From assembly GCA_964476915.1 (NCBI GenBank), contig CAYZCO010000001.1, positions 4,253-68,252 on the forward strand: a stretch of 64,000 nucleotides of DNA, in the 5' to 3' direction. Made by a program: the position numbers and the translations under genes. Source of the DNA: an uncultured Leptolinea sp. Its GTDB lineage: Bacteria; Chloroflexota; Anaerolineae; Anaerolineales; Anaerolineaceae. A model generated the notes under the pieces. That model ran no database searches. It was not told the origin of the DNA and worked only from the letters and a program-made list of their open reading frames with translations. The stretch's first letter is position 1. Each line of letters opens with the position of its first letter. Below, one piece after another: positions 18,022 through 25,855 of the stretch.

Positions 18022-19623
18022 ATGCACGAAATAAATGCGTTTCCTAAAACTTCGCTTGAACTGATGATCCGCATCAGCCGCGAGCTGGCTAACTCGCTTG
18101 ACCTGAACCGTACCCTGGAACAGGTGCTGTTTCTTTCCACCAGGGCTGTAGGGGCTGAGAGCGGCAGCCTGGTTGTCTTGGACAGCAGCATGCATCCTGT
18201 TGATTCTGCCATGGTTGTGAACAACCAGCTAATTACCGGAACAACCCTCCAGATGGCTCCCACCTTGATGAAAGGCCTGGCTGGATGGGTTCTTCAGCAT
18301 AACCAGGCAGTTCTGATCAAAGATACCAGGCAGGATGAACGCTGGCTGCAACAGGAAGATGACCTGCAGGTCAATGCTCACGGCAAGGCAGCAATTTGCG
18401 TGCCTCTATTTGCGGCTGACCAGATTGCCGGGATCCTGACAATTGTGCACAACGAGCCCGGTTACTTCGATTCCGGTCATCTGTCATTACTGCAGGCAAT
18501 TGCTGACCAAGCGGGAATTGCGCTGCACAATGCCCAGCTTTACCATCAGCTTGAGGCTGCTCATTCCCGTTACCAGGAATTATTCCAGGACAGCATCGAC
18601 CCAATCTTTATCAGCGCCAAAGACGGGAAAATCCAGGAAGCCAACCGCCAGGCAGTGAGGATTTCAGGATACAACCTCGCTGACCTGAAGGAACAAGTTT
18701 ACATCTTTCCTTCAGCCCAGGCGGGTGAAAAAAACCTGTTAACAACCACACCTCCTGATGACGATGGTACACCGGATCCTTCAAGGGTGATGACTTACGA
18801 AAGCAGCCTTATAAATGAGGCGGGCGAGGTGATCCCGGTACTGGTAAATACGCGCCCGCTGAAGTTCGATGGCGCTACCCAAATCCAATGGATCATCCGG
18901 GATATTGCGGAGATCAAAAAGCTAAGGCAATACCAGGAAGATTCGGTTGCAATGATCTACCACGATCTGCGCAGTCCAATCGCAAATATCATATCGGCAG
19001 TTGACATCTTACACTCAATGCACCTCGAGCAGAAGGATCCCGGGGTTACCTCGCTGATCCATATCCTGTCCCGCTCAACCGACCGAATGCAGCGCCTGAC
19101 TTCCAACCTGCTGGATATCAAGTTCCTCGAAGCAGGTCAGGCGGTTATTAAACGCAGGCAAACCCCCATTTCCGAAATCGTGACTGATGCTGTGCAGACC
19201 ATCCAGCTGGGGGCAGAGAGTAAAGCCCAAAATGTTCAAACAAGTGTTGCACCCGGACTGCCCGAATTATTCATCGACACGGACATGGTCAAGCGGGTGT
19301 TGATTAATTTGCTTGAAAATGCCAGTAAATACACCCCGAGGGAAGGGGTGATCCAGGTAACTGCAAAACAAGTGGATGGAAATATCCTCTTCTCTGTGCA
19401 GGACAGCGGACCGGGCATTTTGCCTGATACCATGCAAAAGATTTTTGAGAAGTTCGTCACCTTCTCCCCCGACAAGCAAAATCGCAGTATGGGGATTGGG
19501 CTGGCATTTTGCCGCCTCGCAGTCGAAGCACACGGGGGGAAGATCTGGGTAGAGAGTGATCCCGGAAATGGCAGTAACTTCCAGTTCATCCTGCCGGTAG
19601 TGTTGAACCAGCAGGAAGCCTGA
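18022..19623 (+). CDS. Sensor histidine kinase with GAF and PAS domains
   Basis: 533 aa. GAF-like N-region, PAS-like middle, HisKA H-box (HDLRSPIANI), HATPase_c (GIGLAFCRLAVEAHGGKIWVES, G-boxes). No TM segments seen, so probably cytoplasmic. Confidence 0.8.
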   Translation: MHEINAFPKTSLELMIRISRELANSLDLNRTLEQVLFLSTRAVGAESGSLVVLDSSMHPVDSAMVVNNQLITGTTLQMAPTLMKGLAGWVLQHNQAVLIKDTRQDERWLQQEDDLQVNAHGKAAICVPLFAADQIAGILTIVHNEPGYFDSGHLSLLQAIADQAGIALHNAQLYHQLEAAHSRYQELFQDSIDPIFISAKDGKIQEANRQAVRISGYNLADLKEQVYIFPSAQAGEKNLLTTTPPDDDGTPDPSRVMTYESSLINEAGEVIPVLVNTRPLKFDGATQIQWIIRDIAEIKKLRQYQEDSVAMIYHDLRSPIANIISAVDILHSMHLEQKDPGVTSLIHILSRSTDRMQRLTSNLLDIKFLEAGQAVIKRRQTPISEIVTDAVQTIQLGAESKAQNVQTSVAPGLPELFIDTDMVKRVLINLLENASKYTPREGVIQVTAKQVDGNILFSVQDSGPGILPDTMQKIFEKFVTFSPDKQNRSMGIGLAFCRLAVEAHGGKIWVESDPGNGSNFQFILPVVLNQQEA

Positions 19624-19643
19624 ATGAATAAAGGATGTAGATA

Positions 19644-20489
19644 ATGATTGAGCTTACGAAGAATGTCTTGATTGAAACAGAATATCCAGGGGTCACATTG
19701 GCGGCGATCAATTGGGATCATGGGGTTGTCCTGATTGACGCGCCCATGCGGATGGAGGATATCCGCTTATGGCGGTCAGCTATTTTCAACCTGGGCGGGA
19801 GCATGGAACGGCTGCTGATCAACCTCGACCCGCATTACGACCGGACGATCGGTTCGCGGTCAATGGATTGCACCATTATTGGTCATGAGAAAATGGCCGG
19901 GGTATTCCGCAACCGCCCGATGACCTTCAAGTCCCAATCCACTGAAATTGGGGCAGTCGCGGAACAGCTGGATACGATTGGCAGCATCCGCTGGGCACCG
20001 CCAGATATCACATTTACCAGTGAAATGCACCTGCACGGCAATGACCAGGAAATTGTGCTCGAATCGCACCCGGGGAACGCTACTGGCAGCATCTGGGTCC
20101 GCCTTCCAGCAGAAAATGTTGTCTTTATCGGTGATGCGGTGGTTGTTAACCAGCCTCCTTTCCTGGCTTTTTCGCACATCCCCACCTGGGTGGAGACCCT
20201 GGAACAGCTGCTGATGCCCGAGTACCGCGAGTACGTGATCGTCAGCGGGCGGGGCGGGGTCATCCGGACTGACCAGGTAAAGAAGCAGATCGAATGGCTT
20301 TCCAGGGTAGAGCAAAAAATGAGTGACCTGGCCGGTGGGGAAGGCACTGCGGAGGATACTGAAAAGATGATCCCCCTGCTGCTGCGCGAGTATAACCAGA
20401 ATATTCCCGAACTTCCTATGTACAAGCGAAGGTTGAAATACGGCCTGGTCCAGTACTTCAACAAGAATTTTGCCCAGGTGAACGGTTAA
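19644..20489 (+). CDS. MBL-fold hydrolase-like protein with degenerate metal motif
   Basis: 281 aa. Layout of the metallo-beta-lactamase fold (HPGNATGS, FIGDAV) but LDPHYD replaces HxHxDH. Confidence 0.4.
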   Translation: MIELTKNVLIETEYPGVTLAAINWDHGVVLIDAPMRMEDIRLWRSAIFNLGGSMERLLINLDPHYDRTIGSRSMDCTIIGHEKMAGVFRNRPMTFKSQSTEIGAVAEQLDTIGSIRWAPPDITFTSEMHLHGNDQEIVLESHPGNATGSIWVRLPAENVVFIGDAVVVNQPPFLAFSHIPTWVETLEQLLMPEYREYVIVSGRGGVIRTDQVKKQIEWLSRVEQKMSDLAGGEGTAEDTEKMIPLLLREYNQNIPELPMYKRRLKYGLVQYFNKNFAQVNG

Positions 20490-20513
20490 GCAAGAAACCA
20501 GGTCAGGAAAATA

Positions 20514-21629
20514 TTGATGCAGCATTTAGATAGTGTTCCATTAGTTGAGATCACGCGGGGAAAGGTTGTTGAATCTTTGCAGTATGGTGTCGTGGTAGTG
20601 GTCGGTGCAGACGGCAGGGTAATGGCCAGCAGCGGCAATCAGGATACGGTGGCATTACTGCGCTCCTCCGCAAAACCTTTCCAGGTACTGCCCTTCCTGG
20701 CAGCGGGCGGCATGCAGCATTTTGGTTTGAACCTTGAAGAGGTCGCCATAATGTGCGCTTCGCATACCGGCACTGACCGGCATGTGGAAGTCGTGAAAGG
20801 AATCCTGAAAAAGATTGGCCTGGGGGAAGAATACCTGCAATGCGGTATCCATCCTCCAGGAGATGGGGCTACCTATGTGCGCATGATGCGGAGCGGGGAA
20901 GCGCCTACGCCTGCACGGCACAATTGTTCTGGGAAACATTCCGGTTTCCTGGCATATTCTGTGATGAAAGGAGCGCCTGTAGACAGCTATCTCGATCCCG
21001 CCCACCCTGTTCAGCAGGCGATCCTGTCAAATTTTGCTGCATTTTGTGACCTTCTAGTAGATGAAGTAGAGCTGGGGGTGGATGGCTGCTCGGCTCCGGT
21101 ATTTGCCGTTCCCATGCGCAAGGCTGCCCTGGCAATGGCACGTTTGGTGGACCCAGCCTACTCTCCTCCGGGTATGCAGTCTGCCTGCCGGACGGTCATC
21201 GAAGCCATGCAGACTTTTCCTGAAATGATAGCCGGGCCAGGACGGTTTGACACCCGATTAACCCGATGCGGCCAAAAGCGCTGGATCTTGAAGGCCGGTG
21301 CGGAAGGTTACCAAATCCTTGGAATCCTGCCCGGTGTGCTATACCCTGGCAGCCCTGGTACTGGCGTTGCAATAAAGGTTTCTGATGGCGACCTGATGCG
21401 CCCGACCCCGGCTACCGATGCTGCCATTGAAGACCTGGAATCTCCCAGAGGTAACCCGGGTGGAAGGAGCATCCCGCTGGTTACCCTGGAAGTGCTGCGG
21501 CAGTTGCATGCTTTGCCGGCTGAATGCCAGGAGGAATTAAAAGGCTTTGACCGGCGCCCGGTCTACAACTGGCAGAAACTTCCGGTTGGCGAAATTCGGC
21601 CGTGTTTCACCCTCGATCAGCATGCCTAA
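20514..21629 (+). CDS. Asparaginase II (PF06089-like) family protein
   Basis: 371 aa. VEITRGKVVES..VVVVGADGRV...LRSSAKPFQVLP...MCASHTG...LQCGIHPP pattern of the asparaginase II family. Overlaps nth by 8 nt. Confidence 0.6.
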   Translation: MMQHLDSVPLVEITRGKVVESLQYGVVVVVGADGRVMASSGNQDTVALLRSSAKPFQVLPFLAAGGMQHFGLNLEEVAIMCASHTGTDRHVEVVKGILKKIGLGEEYLQCGIHPPGDGATYVRMMRSGEAPTPARHNCSGKHSGFLAYSVMKGAPVDSYLDPAHPVQQAILSNFAAFCDLLVDEVELGVDGCSAPVFAVPMRKAALAMARLVDPAYSPPGMQSACRTVIEAMQTFPEMIAGPGRFDTRLTRCGQKRWILKAGAEGYQILGILPGVLYPGSPGTGVAIKVSDGDLMRPTPATDAAIEDLESPRGNPGGRSIPLVTLEVLRQLHALPAECQEELKGFDRRPVYNWQKLPVGEIRPCFTLDQHA

Positions 21630-22305
21630 AATATCCAGTGACCTTATAAGCCTGGCATCCCAAGTTTATACCCTTCTTCTTGCGCAATTTGGTTTGCCGG
21701 AATGGCGCGAACCCCTTCCAGCCCTGGATGAGCTGGTCTCAACCATCCTTTCACAAAACACCAATGACCGCAACCGGGATGTGGCGTTCAACCGCCTGCG
21801 CAGCGCACTGCCAGCCTGGGAAGCAGTGCGTGATGCACCGCTGGAGCAGGTAATTGACGCCATCCGCCCGGCAGGCCTGGCCAACCAGAAAGGCGCCCGC
21901 ATCCAGCAGGTGCTGCGCCAGATCAGCGAGGAGCGAGGCAGCCTGGACCTGGATTTCTTACGGAAGATGTCCACTGAAGATGCGCATGCCTGGTTGATGA
22001 AATTTAAAGGGGTTGGGCCCAAAACAGCTGCCATTGTGCTGCAATTCTCACTGGGTAAACCTGCCTTTCCTGTAGATACCCATATTTACCGGGTTTCCGG
22101 CAGGATCGGCTTGCGTCCGGAGAAAATGACTGTCGAGGAGGCGCATCCACACCTGGCCGGTTTGTTTCTGCCTGAGCAGTACGGTCCTGCCCACCTGAAC
22201 CTGATCCGCCTGGGTAGGGAGATCTGCCATCCCGGAAAACCGGAATGCGTGCGATGCCCTCTCAATGCGATTTGCAGGTATTACCGGGAAAACAGCGGCC
22301 GGTAA
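21622..22305 (+). CDS. nth: Endonuclease III (HhH-GPD base-excision DNA glycosylase with [4Fe-4S] cluster)
   Basis: Start at MPKISS (internal to ORF 21547..22305). HhH-GPD motif (LMKFKGVGPKTAAIVL...VDTHIYRV); C-terminal CxxxxxxCxxCxxxxxC (CHPGKPECVRCPLNAIC). Confidence 0.82.
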   Translation: MPKISSDLISLASQVYTLLLAQFGLPEWREPLPALDELVSTILSQNTNDRNRDVAFNRLRSALPAWEAVRDAPLEQVIDAIRPAGLANQKGARIQQVLRQISEERGSLDLDFLRKMSTEDAHAWLMKFKGVGPKTAAIVLQFSLGKPAFPVDTHIYRVSGRIGLRPEKMTVEEAHPHLAGLFLPEQYGPAHLNLIRLGREICHPGKPECVRCPLNAICRYYRENSGR

Positions 22306-22324
22306 GTACAGCCAGGTCCAGGAA

Positions 22325-22365
22325 TAAAAAAAGTGGTGCGGTGATTAACCACCGCACCACTTTTC
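22325..22365. terminator. Bidirectional intrinsic terminator between convergent nth and metK
   Basis: AAAAAAA-GTGGTGCGGTG-ATTAAC-CACCGCACCAC-TTTT: 11-bp perfect stem. Confidence 0.8.
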
Positions 22366-22380
22366 GATCTCTGAAGAACC

Positions 22381-23589
22381 TTACAGTCCTGCTGCTTTGC
22401 GCAGGGTTTCTGCCTTATTGGTCCTCTCCCAGGTCAGGTCGAGGTCATCGCGGCCGAAATGGCCGTAGGCTGCCACCTTCTGGTAGATCGGGCGGCGCAG
22501 GTCCAGGTCGCGGATGATGGCACCGGGACGCAGGTCAAAGTGCTTAGTAACCAGGTCTGCGATGGCGTCATCTTCGATCTTGCCTGTGCCAAAGGTCTCA
22601 ACATTGACGCTCAAAGGACGGGCAACCCCGATGGCATACGAAACCTGGATTTCACAGCGGTCAGCCAGGCCGGCTGCAACCACATTCTTCGCCACCCAGC
22701 GGGCAGCATAGGCTGCTGAGCGGTCCACCTTGGTCGGGTCTTTGCCGCTGAAGGCGCCGCCGCCATGCCGGCCCATACCGCCGTAGGTATCCACGATGAT
22801 CTTGCGTCCGGTCAGGCCGGCATCGCCCATCGGGCCGCCAATCACAAACCGTCCGGTCGGGTTGACAAAGATCTTCATGTTTTCATCTACAAGGTCGGCA
22901 GGCAGGGTGGGCATGATCACGTTCTCGGTCAGCGCTTCTTCGATCTCATTATGGGAGACATCGGGATCGTGCTGAGTGCTGATCAGTACGGTATCAATAC
23001 GCACGGGTTTACCGTAATGGTATTCAACTGTGACCTGGGTCTTGCCGTCCGGGCGCAGCCAGGGCAGGGTGCCATTCTTGCGCACTTCGGTCAATTTGAG
23101 TGCCAGTTTATGCGCCATATAAATGGGCATGGGCATTAAGGCTGGGGTTTCATTACAGGCAAAACCGAACATCATACCCTGGTCGCCAGCGCCGATGGCT
23201 TCGATCTCGCTTTCGTCCATCTTGCCTTCTTTGGCTTCGAGGGCTTTATTCACGCCCATAGCAATGTCGCCGGACTGGCTGGCAATAGCGGACTGCACCG
23301 CGCAGGTCTCAGCGTCGAAACCCTTGCTGCTGCTGTCATAGCCGATTTCTCGTACAACCTTACGGACCAGGTCATCAAAGTTGACAAACGCCTTGGTGGT
23401 GATCTCCCCCATCACCATTACAAAGCCGGTTTTAGTTGCGGTCTCACAAGCGACGCGTGAATTCGGGTCGACCGCCAGGCAGGCATCCAGTACCGCGTCA
23501 CTGACCTGATCACAAAGTTTATCGGGGTGACCTTCTGTGACAGATTCTGAGGTGAAAAGGTACTTGGATGCTTTCATAAAAGTAGTTGT
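22381..23589 (-). CDS. metK: S-adenosylmethionine synthetase
   Basis: Start set at [25 protein letters not shown] (GGAGG RBS 7 nt upstream). The listed ORF extends to 23637 into the riboswitch terminator. Hallmark GHPDK motif plus [19 protein letters not shown]. Confidence 0.92.
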   Translation of the reverse strand, partial: TTTFMKASKYLFTSESVTEGHPDKLCDQVSDAVLDACLAVDPNSRVACETATKTGFVMVMGEITTKAFVNFDDLVRKVVREIGYDSSSKGFDAETCAVQSAIASQSGDIAMGVNKALEAKEGKMDESEIEAIGAGDQGMMFGFACNETPALMPMPIYMAHKLALKLTEVRKNGTLPWLRPDGKTQVTVEYHYGKPVRIDTVLISTQHDPDVSHNEIEEALTENVIMPTLPADLVDENMKIFVNPTGRFVIGGPMGDAGLTGRKIIVDTYGGMGRHGGGAFSGKDPTKVDRSAAYAARWVAKNVVAAGLADRCEIQVSYAIGVARPLSVNVETFGTGKIEDDAIADLVTKHFDLRPGAIIRDLDLRRPIYQKVAAYGHFGRDDLDLTWERTNKAETLRKAAGL

Positions 23590-23604
23590 CATAAAGACCT
23601 CCAT

Positions 23605-23639
23605 CAAAAAGATTGCCCCATCTTTGAAGAGGGGCAATC
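23605..23639 (-). terminator. Intrinsic terminator forming the expression platform of the metK SAM riboswitch
   Basis: mRNA: GAUUGCCCC-UCUUCAAAGA-UGGGGCAAUC-UUUUUG, immediately upstream of the metK RBS. Its 5' arm follows the 3' half of aptamer helix P1. Confidence 0.8.
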
Positions 23640-23654
23640 AGTGAAGTTTGCTTA

Positions 23655-23772
23655 CCCTCCTATCTTCCAGATCTTTTTCTGCCGGAATTGGCACCTTGAA
23701 CCAACTTCAGGTTGTATCAGGTTGCCGAGGTTTCAACGGGCCGGTCCCTCCACCTCTCTGGATAGAAGCGCC
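23655..23772 (-). promoter_or_regulatory. SAM-I (S-box) riboswitch aptamer in the metK leader
   Basis: Minus-strand RNA: CUUCUAUCCAGAGAGGUGGAGGGACCGGCCCGUUGAAACCUCGGCAACC...GGUGCCAAUUCCGGCAG...AGAUCUGGAAGAUAGGAG. This matches the conserved SAM-I core (AGAGAGGyGGAGGGAcnGGCCCgaUGAAaCC, GGCAACC, GGUGCcAAUUCCngCAG, closing P1 ...GAUAGGAG pairing with CUUCUAUC). Confidence 0.85.
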
Positions 23773-24093
23773 TTGGGGCGTGTGTATTGCGAGATAATAT
23801 CACAAACAAAAAAGGTTGTCAATCAGCAGAATCTGGATTATTTGGACAAGCATTCTAAACTTATTGCGGGAGAAGTGAAATACAATCTTGATCTTGGAAG
23901 GAAAAAATAGTGGCATCGATGATGCTCTGTATCTATCAGGAAAGTTGATATGAGTGTCAGAGTTTTATCAGCGATTATCCAACTTCCTGATTGAATTCTG
24001 ACCCTGCGTTTGATATAGTTACGGTCGAATTAGGCAGCACATGCAGCACGCCCTGTCTTTTTGCAGGCGGTCTTTGAAAGAAAGGAAACAAAC

Positions 24094-24455
24094 ATGACGG
24101 AAACGGTCCTGGTGGCATATGCCAACCGCTATGGTTCCACCCTCGAGGTAGCAGAGAAAGTCGGGGAGGTCCTACATGACAGCGGGCTGAAGGTTGAAGT
24201 GCGCCCGGCACGGAACGTGAGCTCGCTTGAGCCGTACCGGGCTGTGGTGCTGGGGGCTCCGGTCTTCATCGGTAGCCTGCAAAAGAATATCAAGCGCTTC
24301 CTTTCGAAGCACCAAAAACCCTGGAGGGCATGCCGGTTGCTTTCTTTGCGCTTGGATCCCTCGATGCAACGGCTGAGATGGCGGGGGCGGAGGCCGTGAT
24401 TTATTTACTCAATTATGCTTTTGCAGGTTTTGCAGTAGGAATCCTATCAAACTGA
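24094..24455 (+). pseudogene. Flavodoxin-like gene, frameshifted and 3'-truncated at the island junction
   Basis: Frame 1 (MTETVLVAYANRYGSTLEVAEKVGEVL...) is a good flavodoxin-like N-terminus but decays into Arg-rich junk after KHQK (24316-24399). The shifted frame from the A5 run at 24314-24318 reads KTLEGMPVAFFALGSLDATAEMAGAEAVIYLLNYAFAGFAVGILSN* (credible protein sequence). Its last ~20 codons lie in AT-rich island DNA and the protein is about 30-40 aa shorter than typical flavodoxin-like domains. Confidence 0.5.
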
Positions 24456-24460
24456 GAGTA

Positions 24461-24784
24461 TCAACTGTAATTTCTATTTCTAAACATAGGTTTATCAATT
24501 CCCCTTTTTAATGCAGCCTTTGCTTTTTTGGGTTCTCTAATTATCCAGTCCATAGTTAAAAGAGCTGCAATAGGATCCATACCGTACTCATCAATAAGCT
24601 GCTTTACATGAACATCTTCAAAAGTGATATCTGGTAACGCTGAAACTTCTAAGAAACGAAAAAAAGCATCTTGAATTTCATGTTTTGCACAATGGATTTT
24701 ATCAGCAATAAGCTTGGCATCTTCCCTAGAATATTGGAATTTAGTTGCAAGAACTGTGATTATTTCTTCATTTTCCATTATCAA
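24461..24784 (-). CDS. Hypothetical 107-aa protein, last gene of the island, translationally coupled (ATGA overlap) to the HExxH protein gene
   Basis: MIMENEEIITVLATKFQYSREDAKLIADKIHCAKHEIQDAFFRFLEVSALPDITFEDVHVKQLIDEYGMD... Helical, no recognisable motif. 4-nt start/stop overlap with the upstream gene. Confidence 0.4.
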   Translation of the reverse strand: MIMENEEIITVLATKFQYSREDAKLIADKIHCAKHEIQDAFFRFLEVSALPDITFEDVHVKQLIDEYGMDPIAALLTMDWIIREPKKAKAALKRGIDKPMFRNRNYS

Positions 24785-25371
24785 TTCTCCATGTCCCCGT
24801 ACAATCCAATTTGGATTGCATTCGCATAAGACCAGGCATCAGCTTCTACTGGTTGATTCAAATACATCTCTAAACCGTAAGTTTCTGCATTCTTGTAGTC
24901 TTGCATGTTATCTTTCCATTCCTGGACGATATTTTGGTCAGAAATTATCTCTGGACGCTCAATTGCATAATCTTGATATGCGTGTCGCCCCTCATGGACA
25001 ATAGTATCTACGTTCTCCATTACCGTTTGATCTCCCATGAGGTGATCGTAGTTAACTCGGATAGATTGTCCATTCCATCCGCCAAACACATTATCTTCCA
25101 TTGAGACAGCTTCAACGGGAACCGAAGGTCTACCTTGAATACTTGCCATATTATCTTCCACGTTTTGCAAAGCAGCTAGTCGTTCATTTGCATCCTGAAT
25201 AGTCTCCCAATGTTCCGGTTGAATTTCACTTATTTGTCGCAACGAATCTACTCCATCAGCAATCTGACCCCTAGTCTCTAAGGAATAGCTATCTGTTAGA
25301 TCAGTCATTTGCGGAATATCCGATGGAGTCTCTAAGTTTTCATTTGTGTCTAATGATGTGTTTGAGTCCAT
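24781..25371 (-). CDS. HExxH zincin-like putative metallopeptidase (196 aa)
   Basis: IVHEGRHAYQDY contains HExxH followed by xxQ; a downstream ...LEMYLNQPVEADAWSY could supply a third ligand (Glu). Acidic N-terminal half. Family assignment uncertain (minimal zincin / DUF4157-like). Confidence 0.45.
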   Translation of the reverse strand: MDSNTSLDTNENLETPSDIPQMTDLTDSYSLETRGQIADGVDSLRQISEIQPEHWETIQDANERLAALQNVEDNMASIQGRPSVPVEAVSMEDNVFGGWNGQSIRVNYDHLMGDQTVMENVDTIVHEGRHAYQDYAIERPEIISDQNIVQEWKDNMQDYKNAETYGLEMYLNQPVEADAWSYANAIQIGLYGDMEN

Positions 25372-25384
25372 GTTGGTTGATCAA

Positions 25385-25855
25385 TCAGCCTAATATTTCA
25401 GGATTTGAATTTTCTTCCGTTTCATTTTCGAGGTTATTATAAATTATCCGTTCTGGCGATTCGGGACCTGCTTCAACCAAAACTGCATTACCAAGTTCAG
25501 TTGTGGCATACCGTTCCGATTGTATTGGGGGGGGATTTGAAATAGTATCCGAATCAAGAGGTGATTGGATTAAAGTATCTGAAGGTTGATTTTGGGTAAT
25601 TGATTCTTCGGAATCTCTGGTTGGAGATCCTGGTGGAGGTTGTGTATCACTGCCTGTTTCGGTTGTAAGATTAGAATTCATTTCCATTTCTTCTATACGT
25701 GTGTTTAACCTACTTTCTTGAGCTGCCAATTCTTCGTCTGCACGTCTACCCGCTTCAATAATATCTGGAGATAAGAGGCTATTATCAATAGGTATTAGAC
25801 CTTCATCATTCAATTCACTTCTGTTGTCTACTGGATTGCTATCAATATCATCCAT
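25385..25855 (-). CDS. Acidic Ser/Thr/Pro/Glu/Asp-rich intrinsically disordered protein (156 aa); start abuts the ATPase stop
   Basis: MDDIDSNPVDNRSELNDEGLIPIDN...TGSDTQPPPGSPTRDSEESITQNQPSD... has no hydrophobic core. ATG at 25855 lies adjacent to the stop of the ATPase gene. Confidence 0.4.
   Translation of the reverse strand: MDDIDSNPVDNRSELNDEGLIPIDNSLLSPDIIEAGRRADEELAAQESRLNTRIEEMEMNSNLTTETGSDTQPPPGSPTRDSEESITQNQPSDTLIQSPLDSDTISNPPPIQSERYATTELGNAVLVEAGPESPERIIYNNLENETEENSNPEILG

Noticed and set aside
23641-23910. 89-aa plus-strand ORF
   Set aside because: Lies entirely over the SAM-I riboswitch/terminator of metK on the other strand and has no protein-like features.
24316-24399. Frame-1 tail of the flavodoxin-like ORF (…KHQKPWRACRLLSLRLDPSMQRLRWRGRRP)
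   Set aside because: Arg-rich out-of-frame product. The adjacent frame reads as genuine flavodoxin sequence, so this tail is the consequence of a frameshift.
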